From positions 128,001-192,000 of the forward strand of contig BK006948.2 in assembly GCA_000146045.2 (NCBI GenBank): a stretch of DNA of 64,000 bases, in the 5' to 3' direction. The position numbers and the translations under genes are program-made. Below are positions 22,398-33,600 of this stretch, one piece after another. The notes beneath the pieces were generated by a model. It was not told where the DNA came from. It searched no databases and saw nothing but the letters and a program-made list of their open reading frames with translations. How positions within the stretch are numbered: position 1 is the stretch's first letter; every line of letters begins with the position of its first letter. Origin of the DNA: TPA_inf: Saccharomyces (lineage: Eukaryota).

Positions 22398-25300
22398 TTA
22401 TTCATAATCCCTAAAAGTGTTCACGAAAGAATAATCTCTGTCATAGATCAATTTTCCTAAAGGCAATAAGGCTCTAAAAGCTTCGAAATCTTCCTTTATT
22501 CCACTGTCACTATTAAAATTAGAATTTTCAGGGGTCTCTAGACCACTGGAAAGAGTATCTCCGGTATCAGAACTATGGATGGGATAAACAAGAGATGTTA
22601 GGTCCGAACGAATTGGGTACAAAGATGAGTCATCAGATATTCCTTTCCTATTTGAAGATGGCGATAGGTCTCCAAAATTTGAGATGGGGGAGTGAGATTT
22701 TAATAGTTTTAAAATTTCGACTGATAACTCTCCAAATAAGTTTATTGGTGCTTCCTCCGCAAAGTCTTCTGAAGAAATATCATTCGTATTCAGTCCATCA
22801 TCGGCGAGATCGGCTTCGTTGCCCTTTTGTAAAGAATGGAGAGAACCATATGATTTTAGACTCATAATTAGTTGATCGACTGTTTCATCTTTTATCTTTC
22901 TTGAATGCATAATAACTTTCGTTATCGTTTCATCATAAGGTTTAGAATCAAATATTGACGTAGAATCGTTCAAAGCATGATAACGTTGCAAAACGTATTT
23001 CAAAAAGTGGCTGTAGAACACAATCAAAGTGTTCCATTTGACATTGTCAAACAGTAACTGCTCATCATTTTCTCCCACTAATCGATCATAAGATTTTTTT
23101 AGGATATCGATGATCTCTTTTACCTCACCTTTCTTTTTTAGATCGTTCATATTATCCACAACGTAAAAGAAGAGAACAAACATAGCAGTAGAGAACTGAT
23201 ACATAACCTCGTTATACATATGCGCCTGGTAATTGATGCCTTGAAACAGCTGTAACATTTCTTTACTGGCGTTTAAGTATTGACTTGAAAAAAGAATGAA
23301 TAGCTGAGGAATATCATGGCGAGAACCTTTGTATAGGCGTTCGTTATCAATCAATAAGGATGTAGTCATCATGCTCAAAATCACTTTAGAATATAGCGCC
23401 CTAAAATGACAATTCAAAACACGAGAGCATGCAATCTCAAAACTTAAAGCCGGATTTTCTTGGGATTTTTGAGCGTAAAGTACCGATAAATACTGTTTAT
23501 AACTTTTTAGTTTCATACTTACGTGCAAGTTGTCTCTCCAATTGTTCAAAGAATCATTGAGATCTTTGATTTTATCAAGCATGGCATCGAATGAAAGATC
23601 TAGAGTACTTCTGACAGCAAAACAAGTAGAGTATATTTTACTCTCAATACTAACCAATTTTGAAACATAATATGATATGAAAAGGGATATGTGCTGACAA
23701 AAATTTACAACTACATTCAATGCAGAGTTGACATCAGTAATTTTATCGAGATCTTCCTTTTTATCAATAAGATCAGGTAGAATATTAGTTTTTATCACTT
23801 CATAATAATTTTGATCTGTTAGCATATCCATATCGCGTTCCCCCACAATAGGGGGTCTGGATAACATTAAAGAATATAGTTTATCTGTACAAAAACAATG
23901 CCACCACATTCTTCTTCTCCTTATGGCTTCTTCAAAGTCTAGTGACTTGTAAGAGGATTTTCTATTTAATTCCATGTCAACCGCCAATCTAATCGCGGTT
24001 CCTAAAATACAATTTGCTAGTTCAGTATCGTAGGTAAGTTGAAAATATCGGTTCAGTAGTAATAAAGCTTGTAGTGTTCTTGTACCTGAACAGATGGTGG
24101 ACAGCTTATGATAATAATACATGGCATTTAGTAAGGCAACGTTTTCGATTTTTTTTAACTCTTGGGAGGTTGGATCATATCTATCTTTCCTTAGAAACTT
24201 TGAATCACCTCTTATAATTGATTGAGTGGCAGATGCACCCGAGCAGAGACACACGTTTAATAATAAATGTTCAGGATATGTGAGTTTTTCGCCGCTTTCG
24301 CTGTAGTACTTTTCTGCTAAGTCTAGACATTCTTTTAACGATATTATACCAGTTACAGAGGATAATAAGGTAGCATGAAAATTCTCAAGAAGTCTCTTTG
24401 CTTGCTTTTTCGGAGGTAATGAGTATAATATTATTTCGCTGGAGAAGAAAGCCGGAGATGACAAATCCATAAATTTTTTCATTTGAGTTGCATACCATTT
24501 TAAAGATATGCTTAATATTTCGCTGATTGGAGAAAGAAACTCCTCATTGGACGCTTTCACTCCTAAACTTTGTTTGAACCAATAGAGTTTTTGAGCAGTT
24601 AAAAGTGCCGTAGAGTATATTTTTCTCGCTGGTTTGGGCAAATTGTTCTTTTCCTTGTATTTGCCTTCCTGCTTTTTAACAGCCTTGTCCAATAACCACT
24701 CAAGTCTAGCCACACTGTCAATAATGTAAGACATTTTTCTATCCAATTTTTCAATCTTTGAATTCATTTTTTTGTTAAGATTATTTTGAATATTGGAGAC
24801 TTTATCGATGATATTGCTTTCTAAGGGGGAATTACCGTTTAAAAGTTCAAACCTTCCACTGTTCGGTACTGAAGAAGACGCTACAGGATTGCTAATACTA
24901 TTTGAGGTTTGAAGTGATTCCCCTGGTGTTGCATGATGTTTGATTTCTAATTTTCTTTTCTTCTTAAGAATCTCATCACGATGTTTGAAAGTGCAAGGCA
25001 ACTGAAACTTAATACAGTTTGAACATTTTTTGGTCTGCTGGTCCACTTCATCACATCTGATTTTTCTTTTTCGGCAATGGTCACAGGCCTTTGATACACG
25101 TTTCTTGAGATTTTTACCAGAGCCGCTCATATCATTACTGTTAGTGTGTTCCATCATCGTGCTGATGTCACGGTTCTGTTGTGTCTGAAATTGCGACTGA
25201 TGCTCTGTTGGCGAGTATATTGTATTGGGATAAGCCACATTCATGGGGATATTTGGACCTATTGTACTACCTGTCATAAGGGTGTTTTCTCTGTTAGGCA

Positions 25301-25490
25301 TCGTCATCAGTTGATCTGGCACAGGCATCGACCATATTTGAGTTTCAGGAACCAGACGTGGGGTACCAGTTTGATGGTTTACATTTGAAATGTCACTTCT
25401 ACCGGTGATTTCATTGTTAAAAACCGCATTCATATTGCTTGCTGAGTTTGAAAACCCATTTGGGCTGTAATCTCCACCTTGATTTTCCAT
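22398..25490 (-). CDS. HAL9: Zn2Cys6 binuclear-cluster transcription factor, 1030 aa
   Basis: CDHCRKRKIRCDEVDQQTKKCSNCIKFQLPC Gal4-type zinc cluster plus a fungal TF middle homology region. 1030 aa equals HAL9 (YOL089C). Confidence 0.9.
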   Translation of the reverse strand: MENQGGDYSPNGFSNSASNMNAVFNNEITGRSDISNVNHQTGTPRLVPETQIWSMPVPDQLMTMPNRENTLMTGSTIGPNIPMNVAYPNTIYSPTEHQSQFQTQQNRDISTMMEHTNSNDMSGSGKNLKKRVSKACDHCRKRKIRCDEVDQQTKKCSNCIKFQLPCTFKHRDEILKKKRKLEIKHHATPGESLQTSNSISNPVASSSVPNSGRFELLNGNSPLESNIIDKVSNIQNNLNKKMNSKIEKLDRKMSYIIDSVARLEWLLDKAVKKQEGKYKEKNNLPKPARKIYSTALLTAQKLYWFKQSLGVKASNEEFLSPISEILSISLKWYATQMKKFMDLSSPAFFSSEIILYSLPPKKQAKRLLENFHATLLSSVTGIISLKECLDLAEKYYSESGEKLTYPEHLLLNVCLCSGASATQSIIRGDSKFLRKDRYDPTSQELKKIENVALLNAMYYYHKLSTICSGTRTLQALLLLNRYFQLTYDTELANCILGTAIRLAVDMELNRKSSYKSLDFEEAIRRRRMWWHCFCTDKLYSLMLSRPPIVGERDMDMLTDQNYYEVIKTNILPDLIDKKEDLDKITDVNSALNVVVNFCQHISLFISYYVSKLVSIESKIYSTCFAVRSTLDLSFDAMLDKIKDLNDSLNNWRDNLHVSMKLKSYKQYLSVLYAQKSQENPALSFEIACSRVLNCHFRALYSKVILSMMTTSLLIDNERLYKGSRHDIPQLFILFSSQYLNASKEMLQLFQGINYQAHMYNEVMYQFSTAMFVLFFYVVDNMNDLKKKGEVKEIIDILKKSYDRLVGENDEQLLFDNVKWNTLIVFYSHFLKYVLQRYHALNDSTSIFDSKPYDETITKVIMHSRKIKDETVDQLIMSLKSYGSLHSLQKGNEADLADDGLNTNDISSEDFAEEAPINLFGELSVEILKLLKSHSPISNFGDLSPSSNRKGISDDSSLYPIRSDLTSLVYPIHSSDTGDTLSSGLETPENSNFNSDSGIKEDFEAFRALLPLGKLIYDRDYSFVNTFRDYE

Positions 25491-25911
25491 TATTTCAAAC
25501 CGAAGATTTGGAGTGGAGAGTGCTGATTTCCTAAGTTGAATTAAAGTACGATAATAAGCTCCCTAAGACATTTATTCTTTTTTCGAATTAAAGGCTTTTT
25601 ATATAAAGCCATCTTTCATGTACGTAATTGGAGATTATACCAAAACCAAACAGGGTAAGAGATGTTTCTCTAATGAATAAAATAACAGTGTTACCTTAGC
25701 ACAAGCCAATATTCAAAACACATGTGGTAGACCTTCTGTAATATTTATGTATATCTCCATAATCTTTCACCTACACAATCTCACTTATATTGCGGCTAAC
25801 GTACATTGTTAAATATATATGTATCTGTGTATTTGTTGTACCTCAGGGTGAGGGTCCCGCTTCCGTCTGTAGTCGGTATTCGTAAAGTAAAAGACAGAGC
25901 GAAGCTTATGT

Positions 25912-26745
25912 TCAAAGCTCGTCATGACTACTGGTATCTTCTAACTGGTCTTCTATGTGTGATAATAGGCTCAATTGTAGACGAATGATTTTCAGTTTTT
26001 CTTTAACTTCTTTACTCAAGTCATCTCCATTTTGCTTAATTAAAGCTTCTAGTCTTCGCCTTTCCTTTTCCAGCCCATTCACGTCACCGTATAATTTAGA
26101 TAAAGTATCAGAGTAGTATTCTTTACCAGCTTTACACAGAAGCTGTTGAGAACGTAATTCTTCATTGCAATTCCTAGAATCATCGAAAATATGTTCTATG
26201 AATCTTTCTTCTGTATCTTTACTTCTTACAGTATCGATAAAGTTGCTTAAACTCTTTAGGTTCCTACTCCCTTCAAAACGAACAACCCTAGACGTATCCA
26301 GTTGGTACTTAGGATTGTTGAACCACGTCTTGATTCTTTGCCATAGTCTTTCATGAAATTTCATAGACGACCAATCGAGCTTCGGAAGAACTAAGGGCTT
26401 AGTACGAGGTTTGACCAGTTCAATTATTGGAAATCCAGGCAAGTCGGTACATAAAGTTGGCCCGAAGAATTCACAGTTAACTTCAAGGAAGTTAATTGGG
26501 GTATCATCTTTATTAGCTTTTTTGGCGTATAGCTCACCAAGCTCTTCGTATACTGGGGCCAGAGTTTTACAATGTTGGCACCAAGAAGTGTAGTATTTTA
26601 TCATTGTGTAAGAATCATTCCTATTGCAGATATCGAAGTACTGCTCAATCGACTTGACCATCGTGACAGCTTCACTGTAGGCCAACGCTGGTAAAATGAC
26701 GACGCATGTTGATAATACGGAAAATAAAAAGCCGTGCAATTTCAT
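25912..26745 (-). CDS. MPD2: ER protein disulfide isomerase family member, 277 aa
   Basis: N-terminal signal peptide, thioredoxin active site WCQHCK and C-terminal HDEL retrieval signal. 277 aa equals MPD2 (YOL088C). Confidence 0.92.
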
Positions 26746-27286
26746 CTCCTTTGTGTTTTACTTTGCCGACGTACTTGCACTAGACTCGCTGTGTTTTTTT
26801 TCTGTTGTTTTGTTGTTATGCTGTTCTTTAGCTCAAAAAATTGGCCACTGTTCCCCGCTCTGTAAATTAATTGCTCTTAAAGAAACAAAAATGATTAAAA
26901 AAAATTAGAAATATTTGAGATAATAAGAACATCATTCAGGTCGCCCATATTCACAATTATTTACAGACTGTATTTTAATGAAGAATGTGTGCATAACTTG
27001 ATGGTACCTATTCAATATAAAATTTGATAAATAAATAATATTATAAAAATGTCTATGTAATTATTATAAAGCTCTAGAGTATGTATGAGTTGTTACACAT
27101 AGCATTCCAATGAGTACTTGCTTTTTTCTTCGTTCTTTAGACATTTCAGAAGAATATTCTTTATCTTGTCATTGTTACTGCAACTACTATTATAGTATTA
27201 TTAGTATTATTGTTGGTATTGTTACTATATATTTACGCTTAAAAACTCCAAATTCAGACCCCAAAATATAATTTAAATAAACATTA

Positions 27287-30200
27287 TCATTTCCCCTCAT
27301 TCCCGTTGACCTCATGAACTAGCGGTGAATTATGTACTTTTCTTCTGTATTCTAGAACTATGTCACCCTGAGATTTCCAGTAAAGTGTTCTAACGGTATT
27401 TAAAGTCATATCGTTATCAAGCACTTGGCCCCTACATAGTAGATCCAACCAAAGACTAGGTTCCATTTTTGCTTTCATTTCAGGAGTTTTCGTTTCAAAT
27501 CTGTCAGCGACGTAAAGTTTAATTTTTTTCACCCTAATCATTCCAGGCGCAACCAGCTTGACATTCGCCTCAGAGATTCTCGGTAAATCTGTGGGGTTTA
27601 ACTCCTGCTCGCTGGTCTTCGGACGGCCAAACTTTAGCATATTATGGAACTGTTGCTGTGTTGATGGGGAAACGGCTTCATTACCATTTCCAAGGCTGCT
27701 ATCGCTACTATCGTTGCCAGAAGATTCTGTGGTATCTGATGCACTAATAAACTTCTTCTTGTTTTCATTGCCAGCTGCCTCACTCCCACCAACAGAAGAC
27801 CATGGCATGATTAAGAAGTTCAACTTTGGTTGCTCTTCCACCGTCTTAATATCTCTAAATAAAGCTTTTGCAAACCAGTAGGGCAAATTTTCCTCCAATT
27901 GCTCAAAAATTTGCCTTCTGTTGAGTCTGCTTCCTAACTCGCCATCAATAAGATCATATTTTCCTAATTTGTCATCATCTACAGCTTGAAGGTCTACTTC
28001 TTCATCATCTGGCGGTTTGGAATTTTCTTTGCCGCCGCTGACGGTTTCATTATCGACATGAGATGGCGGTAATAGGGTGGAAAATAATACCCTGCCACCA
28101 CATGAGCCTTCCTTCCAAAGATGGACCAAAACTAACGTGGCAGATTTTACTCTAATAATTGGACATGAACTAGCCTTGATTATCTTGGTGACTGGAAGCC
28201 TCTTCGTCAGGTATTTTAGAGAAGAAGTATTCATATATTGTTGCTTGTAAGACTCTTGAATTTGCTCCAGTAAATCGGGCATGAACTCAGGCTTCTTCTT
28301 TTCGTTGCCTTCCAAGGTTGACGTGGAATTCGCCCTTGAGTTTTCAGATGATCTTAGTTTGTTATGAGTGTTGTTACTCGGTAAATCTTGTGATGAAATA
28401 GCGGATAGTTTTTGCTCTAGCTTGAAAGGATGATTCCATAACATAGATTCTGGAGTTGCATCCTTAGACTGCTGAGTTGTATTGATAGCTTGAGGGAAGG
28501 CCGAGTCATCATTAATAACGTGCGGAGTATCTGGCAGAATTCCTTTGGGCTCCTCTGGAGTGTTTAACCCTGTTGTGGCACGACCAGAAGTAGACCTAAA
28601 TGATTTGAACTTTCTACTTAACAAGGAGCCAGAGCTCTGCGTTCTAAAATATGGCTTTTTGGATGCAGGCAATGGTTGCACGAGTTCTAAAGAGTCATCT
28701 ATTGCTTTATCAGAAGCTGACTGCAACAATGGTTGTTCTTCTAATACTATAGTCTCTGCCATTACCGGGGTTGCAGGTGCCGAATTTGGTGGAGTTCCAC
28801 TGCTGTTGGTATTTCCAATGGACAGAGTTGAACTAATTTTGAAGGTTGATTTTCTCTTTTTATCTTTATTATTCTTTTTTGATTCACTGTTATATCCCGT
28901 ATCCAAGGTTAATGAATTGGTTAAGTCTTTTTTCTTCAAACTAAAAATTTTCTTCCTTAAAAGTTTATCCTTTTGGACTTCATATGATATGAACTCATTG
29001 AAAAGCGAATTAATAACAATTTTACCCAAATTATATCTCTCATCTGAGTTAATTTCAATATTGTTCACAACCTGATAATCCTTTAGCGCGGATCCATAAA
29101 CTTCAGTTTTCAGAAATTTTGGGTTTATTTTTACGAACAGCATACCGACCTTAACGGAAACAGTACACCAATGAGATAGAATTTCCTTTGAGGTGTATTT
29201 CATTACAATATCATCAAATGAACCTTCTGATGAATCAAAAGTATTCAAAAGCTCACATGAAACGATATCCCATCTCTGCATTTGGCCTTTAGTGTTTTCC
29301 GTTATTACATGCCTCCTGTTGGTTAGCAGTGAGCTTCTGGTCAGTGCGAACCCACCTTCGTTGACACTGAAATGGTTATTAGTTAAATCGAGCACGTTTA
29401 GATTTGAGTCAGTACAAAAAGAAAACAACAATTTTTCATTAGGTAAAAGGGCAATATCAAGGATACCACCATATTTTTTTACTTTCGCATCTGTAGTTGA
29501 TATATTTTGCTCTTCGTGTTCATGGTGATGATGATGATGGTGGTGATGATCAGGCTTGAAAATTCTTGTAAGTTTAGCATCTTCATAACTGGATAAGTTT
29601 GCTCTCATAACATTGCCCTGAGAGTCACCAAAATACAACTTATCAAGGCTCGTTCCTTGGACACACCATATGGAAGAATCCCAGGACCAAGATCCAATTT
29701 TTTTGGGAAGCTGAAGGGCACCAGTAGTCTGATCATGCCTACAATTCAAGTCCCATACATTTATTACACCATCTGAGCTGGTACTGATTAGTCGTGTGGA
29801 GTCATCAAGAGTTCTTACTACTTTTATATTTGTTCTGTGGGCGTTTTGAATTCTTATCACCTCCTTACGATATTTACACGAATAAAAAATCAAATCACCA
29901 TTACAGTCTCCGGCAACAAAATCAAAGGGACGAGACGTTTGATTGTCATCAAAACTGTATTTTGGGATGATGGGACTCATGGAGTATATTGAGCCTGTGT
30001 CGTTTGATTGTGCATTATCAAATGTGTGTAGTAGCGTAGCCATTTTTTCTGGCCCGCTGCTCAGGCACCAAAGTTTGATTTTTCTATCTAGACCACCTGT
30101 CACAAAAAGAAAGTTGTTCTGTTCATCAACAACAATGCCATTATTTATTCCATCGTGTACATTATCAGGACCACCCTCTTGTTCTTCCAATTCATAGTCA

Positions 30201-30637
30201 TTTGACATTTCATAATGTATGGGCACTATGCACTTGATATAATCGTCGTGGTCACCGATTATTTTCTTATCCCAGGTAGTTAACTGCGCATTCACACTAA
30301 TTAATACTATCGAAAAATCGTGACTTACTGATATGAATGTGTCCCCTGCAGATGGGTCTGAATTTTTCATATTAACATGTATTAGATCGCTTGCCCAATC
30401 GCTATGAACTTGCATTCTTATCGCATCGTTTTTTATGGTAGTTGCAGCAGTCTCAGGCTCGTTCGAGAGCTGTGTGTTCTTGTGCAAAATTATGGAACCA
30501 TCCCTTCCTGAAGTAAGAAAATAGTTTTTACCAGGTATATCCGGGTACAGAATCTTTGTTATCGGTAAGATGTGCGCATCTTGGGAAGTGCAGTAATCTG
30601 GGGAAATTAGGCCATAACTCACTGTCAACTGATTCAT
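27287..30637 (-). CDS. DUF1: WD40-repeat ubiquitin-binding protein, 1116 aa
   Basis: WD repeats in the N-terminal half, a His9 tract, and a Ser/Thr-rich middle. 1116 aa equals DUF1 (YOL087C). Confidence 0.88.
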   Translation of the reverse strand: MNQLTVSYGLISPDYCTSQDAHILPITKILYPDIPGKNYFLTSGRDGSIILHKNTQLSNEPETAATTIKNDAIRMQVHSDWASDLIHVNMKNSDPSAGDTFISVSHDFSIVLISVNAQLTTWDKKIIGDHDDYIKCIVPIHYEMSNDYELEEQEGGPDNVHDGINNGIVVDEQNNFLFVTGGLDRKIKLWCLSSGPEKMATLLHTFDNAQSNDTGSIYSMSPIIPKYSFDDNQTSRPFDFVAGDCNGDLIFYSCKYRKEVIRIQNAHRTNIKVVRTLDDSTRLISTSSDGVINVWDLNCRHDQTTGALQLPKKIGSWSWDSSIWCVQGTSLDKLYFGDSQGNVMRANLSSYEDAKLTRIFKPDHHHHHHHHHEHEEQNISTTDAKVKKYGGILDIALLPNEKLLFSFCTDSNLNVLDLTNNHFSVNEGGFALTRSSLLTNRRHVITENTKGQMQRWDIVSCELLNTFDSSEGSFDDIVMKYTSKEILSHWCTVSVKVGMLFVKINPKFLKTEVYGSALKDYQVVNNIEINSDERYNLGKIVINSLFNEFISYEVQKDKLLRKKIFSLKKKDLTNSLTLDTGYNSESKKNNKDKKRKSTFKISSTLSIGNTNSSGTPPNSAPATPVMAETIVLEEQPLLQSASDKAIDDSLELVQPLPASKKPYFRTQSSGSLLSRKFKSFRSTSGRATTGLNTPEEPKGILPDTPHVINDDSAFPQAINTTQQSKDATPESMLWNHPFKLEQKLSAISSQDLPSNNTHNKLRSSENSRANSTSTLEGNEKKKPEFMPDLLEQIQESYKQQYMNTSSLKYLTKRLPVTKIIKASSCPIIRVKSATLVLVHLWKEGSCGGRVLFSTLLPPSHVDNETVSGGKENSKPPDDEEVDLQAVDDDKLGKYDLIDGELGSRLNRRQIFEQLEENLPYWFAKALFRDIKTVEEQPKLNFLIMPWSSVGGSEAAGNENKKKFISASDTTESSGNDSSDSSLGNGNEAVSPSTQQQFHNMLKFGRPKTSEQELNPTDLPRISEANVKLVAPGMIRVKKIKLYVADRFETKTPEMKAKMEPSLWLDLLCRGQVLDNDMTLNTVRTLYWKSQGDIVLEYRRKVHNSPLVHEVNGNEGK
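29521..29550 (-). repeat. DUF1: in-frame (CAT/CAC)n tract encoding His9 within DUF1
   Basis: The plus strand catggtgatgatgatgatggtggtgatgat encodes ...DHHHHHHHHHEHEEQ... on the minus strand. Confidence 0.85.
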
Positions 30638-31172
30638 TATTACCTTTCTATTTTCTCCGGCTTTTTATTGGCTTGCTCTTCTAAAGTCAGAAAAGCGTAG
30701 ATTTGCTAGAATGTATCGTTTCCTCGTTAGGAATGGCTTGAACTAATTCCTGTATCTATGCAATTGCAATCCAACTACACTTATACGACGTCAAAAGGAA
30801 GGGGCGGAGCGTTCTAATTGTAGTTGCAAAAAGCGATGTAGTCGTTCTTCAAGTAGTAATTAATACCAGGATAGGACACGGTGTTATGGTGCTGGTAGTT
30901 ACTTGTTATAATGTTATTATTGGGCAAAAAGAGAGTTCACTGTTTAACAATAGCAATGGGGTTTTTTTCAGTATACATTTGAACTGCAATGGAATTTGGG
31001 CGGAGGGAGCAGTAAAGGGGCGATCAGAGTTGAAAAAAAAATGCTGCCGTAAAAAAAGCATGCACGTATACACTTGAGTAAATATATTTATGTATTCATA
31101 TCTCAAGATAAGATCATGATACATAAAAGCGATATAACGTCTTGAAGCTCAGGTAAGGGGCTAGTAGATGCA

Positions 31173-31445
31173 ATGAATGACGATGAAGATAGAGCCCAAC
31201 TGAAGGCTAGGCTGTGGATCCGTGTGGAAGAACGATTACAACAGGTGTTGTCCTCTGAGGACATAAAATACACACCGAGATTCATCAACTCATTGCTGGA
31301 GTTAGCATATCTACAATTGGGTGAAATGGGGAGCGATTTGCAGGCATTTGCTCGGCATGCCGGTAGAGGTGTGGTCAATAAGAGCGACCTCATGCTATAC
31401 CTGAGAAAGCAACCTGACCTACAGGAAAGAGTTACTCAAGAATAA
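31173..31445 (+). CDS. MHF1: histone-fold protein of the MHF (CENP-S-like) complex, 90 aa
   Basis: 90 aa with histone-fold character. The position between DUF1 and ADH1 matches YOL086W-A. Confidence 0.8.
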   Translation: MNDDEDRAQLKARLWIRVEERLQQVLSSEDIKYTPRFINSLLELAYLQLGEMGSDLQAFARHAGRGVVNKSDLMLYLRKQPDLQERVTQE

Positions 31446-31547
31446 GAATTTTCGTTTTAAAACCTAAGAGTCACTTTAAAATTTGTATACACTTATTTTT
31501 TTTATAACTTATTTAATAATAAAAATCATAAATCATAAGAAATTCGC
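31446..31547 (-). terminator. ADH1: ADH1 3' UTR / transcription terminator (the familiar ADH1t region)
   Basis: The sequence gcgaatttcttatgatttatgatttttattattaaataagttataaaaaaaataagtgtatacaaatttt (read on the minus strand) is the widely used ADH1 terminator. It is shared convergently with the 3' end of MHF1. Confidence 0.85.
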
Positions 31548-32594
31548 TTATTTAGAAGTGTCAACAACGTATCTACCAACGATTTGACCCTTTTCCATCT
31601 TTTCGTAAATTTCTGGCAAGGTAGACAAGCCGACAACCTTGATTGGAGACTTGACCAAACCTCTGGCGAAGAAGTCCAAAGCTTCTCTGGTGTCAGCTCT
31701 GTTACCGACGTAAGAACCAACAATAGAGATGGACTTGACGACTTGGTTGAAGACATCAGAACAACACTTGGCACCAGCTGGCATACCGACCAAAACGGTG
31801 GTACCGTTAGCTCTAACGTATCTGGTAGAAGCTTCAATAGCGGCTTCGGAAACGGAAACGTTGATGACACCGTGAGCACCACCGTCAGTGGCCTTTAGAA
31901 CAGCACCGACAATGTCCTTTTCCTTAGTGAAGTCAATGAAGACTTCACCACCGATGGATCTGAATAATTCTTCCTTACCTTCACCACCGTCAATACCCAA
32001 GACTCTGTAACCCATAGCCTTGGCGTATTGAACAGCCAAAGAACCTAGACCACCAGCAGCACCGGAGATAGCAACCCAGTGACCGGCCATCAAGTTAGCA
32101 GACTTCAAAGCCTTGTAGACGGTGATACCAGCACACAAGATGGGGGCGACTTGGGCCAAGTCGGTACCTTGAGGAATGTGAGCGGCTTGAACAGCGTCAG
32201 CGGTAGCGTATTGTTGGAAAGAACCGTCGTGGGTGTAACCAGACAAGTCAGCGTGAGGACAGTTGGATTCGTTACCCAATTCACAGTATTCACAGGCCAT
32301 ACAAGAACCGTTCAACCATTTGATACCGGCGTAGTCACCGATCTTCCAGCCCTTAACGTTTTCACCCATGCCGACAACGACACCGGCACCTTCGTGACCA
32401 CCGACTAATGGTAGCTTAACTGGCAATGGCCAGTCACCGTGCCAAGCGTGCAAGTCAGTGTGACAGACACCAGAGTATTTAACGTTGATCAACAATTCGT
32501 TGGCCTTTGGCTTTGGAACTGGAATATCTTTGTATTCCAACTTACCGTGGGATTCGTAGAAGATAACACCTTTTTGAGTTTCTGGGATAGACAT
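31548..32594 (-). CDS. ADH1: alcohol dehydrogenase I (zinc MDR family), 348 aa
   Basis: [30 protein letters not shown]..., zinc ligands GHEGAGVVV, and NAD fold [14 protein letters not shown]. The codon usage is strongly biased. The classic ADH1 promoter and terminator sequences flank it. Confidence 0.98.
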   Translation of the reverse strand: MSIPETQKGVIFYESHGKLEYKDIPVPKPKANELLINVKYSGVCHTDLHAWHGDWPLPVKLPLVGGHEGAGVVVGMGENVKGWKIGDYAGIKWLNGSCMACEYCELGNESNCPHADLSGYTHDGSFQQYATADAVQAAHIPQGTDLAQVAPILCAGITVYKALKSANLMAGHWVAISGAAGGLGSLAVQYAKAMGYRVLGIDGGEGKEELFRSIGGEVFIDFTKEKDIVGAVLKATDGGAHGVINVSVSEAAIEASTRYVRANGTTVLVGMPAGAKCCSDVFNQVVKSISIVGSYVGNRADTREALDFFARGLVKSPIKVVGLSTLPEIYEKMEKGQIVGRYVVDTSK

Positions 32595-32714
32595 TGTATA
32601 TGAGATAGTTGATTGTATGCTTGGTATAGCTTGAAATATTGTGCAGAAAAAGAAACAAGGAAGAAAGGGAACGAGAACAATGACGAGGAAACAAAAGATT
32701 AATAATTGCAGGTC

Positions 32715-32722
32715 TATTTATA
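32715..32722 (-). promoter_or_regulatory. ADH1: ADH1 TATA box (TATAAATA on the minus strand), about -125
   Basis: ctatttata on the plus strand corresponds to TATAAATAG on the gene strand, followed by a poly(dT) run. This matches the classic ADH1 core promoter. Confidence 0.8.
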
Positions 32723-33245
32723 CTTGATAGCAAGACAGCAAACTTTTTTTTATTTCAAATTCAAGTAACTGGAAGGAAGGCCGTATACCGTTGCTCATTA
32801 GAGAGTAGTGTGCGTGAATGAAGGAAGGAAAAAGTTTCGTGTGCTTCGAGATACCCCTCATCAGCTCTGGAACAACGACATCTGTTGGTGCTGTCTTTGT
32901 CGTTAATTTTTTCCTTTAGTGTCTTCCATCATTTTTTTGTCATTGCGGATATGGTGAGACAACAACGGGGGAGAGAGAAAAGAAAAAAAAAGAAAAGAAG
33001 TTGCATGCGCCTATTATTACTTCAATAGATGGCAAATGGAAAAAGGGTAGTGAAACTTCGATATGATGATGGCTATCAAGTCTAGGGCTACAGTATTAGT
33101 TCGTTATGTACCACCATCAATGAGGCAGTGTAATTGGTGTAGTCTTGTTTAGCCCATTATGTCTTGTCTGGTATCTGTTCTATTGTATATCTCCCCTCCG
33201 CCACCTACATGTTAGGGAGACCAACGAAGGTATTATAGGAATCCC

Positions 33246-33280
33246 GATGTATGGGTTTGGTTGCCAGAAAAGAGGAAGTC
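33246..33280 (-). promoter_or_regulatory. ADH1: ADH1 UAS: Rap1 (UASrpg-like) site plus adjacent Gcr1 CT-box
   Basis: gatgtatgggttt is the reverse complement of AAACCCATACATC, a Rap1-type ACCCATACAT site, at about -652..-664 from the ATG. A GGAAG/CTTCC CT-box lies about 15 bp away. Confidence 0.6.
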
Positions 33281-33589
33281 CATATTGTACACCCGGAAAC
33301 AACAAAAGGATATCCGAAATATTCCACGGTTTAGAAAAAAATCGGAAAAGAGCGCGGAGGGGTGTTACCCCCCTTCTCTACTAGCATTGGACTTTAATTA
33401 ATATATGTGCATAGGAGAAGTGTAAAGTTCCCTTCCATATTGTAACATAATAAAGTGCACACCCAAATGAATTGAAAGCGTACTCAAACAGACAACCATT
33501 TCCAGTGTTGTATGTACCTGTCTATTTATACTGGTAGCAACCCTATTGCTGTTTCCTCTTCAAAGTACTCTAGCGGTTATGCGCGTCTC

Positions 33590-33600
33590 ACCTTCAAGGT
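33590..33600. promoter_or_regulatory. Zap1 zinc-responsive element (ACCTTCAAGGT, perfect 11-bp ZRE palindrome) about 1 kb upstream of ADH1
   Basis: It is an exact match to the ZRE consensus ACCTTNAAGGT. Its position upstream of the ADH1 UAS fits the Zap1-driven ZRR1 intergenic transcript that represses ADH1 in zinc deficiency. Confidence 0.7.

Noticed and set aside
26746-27286. Looked for UPRE (CAGCGTG / TACGTG) in the MPD2 promoter, and for Pho4 CACGTG sites upstream of PHM7
   Set aside because: No exact matches were found in the sequence, so no element is reported despite the known UPR and PHO regulation of these genes.
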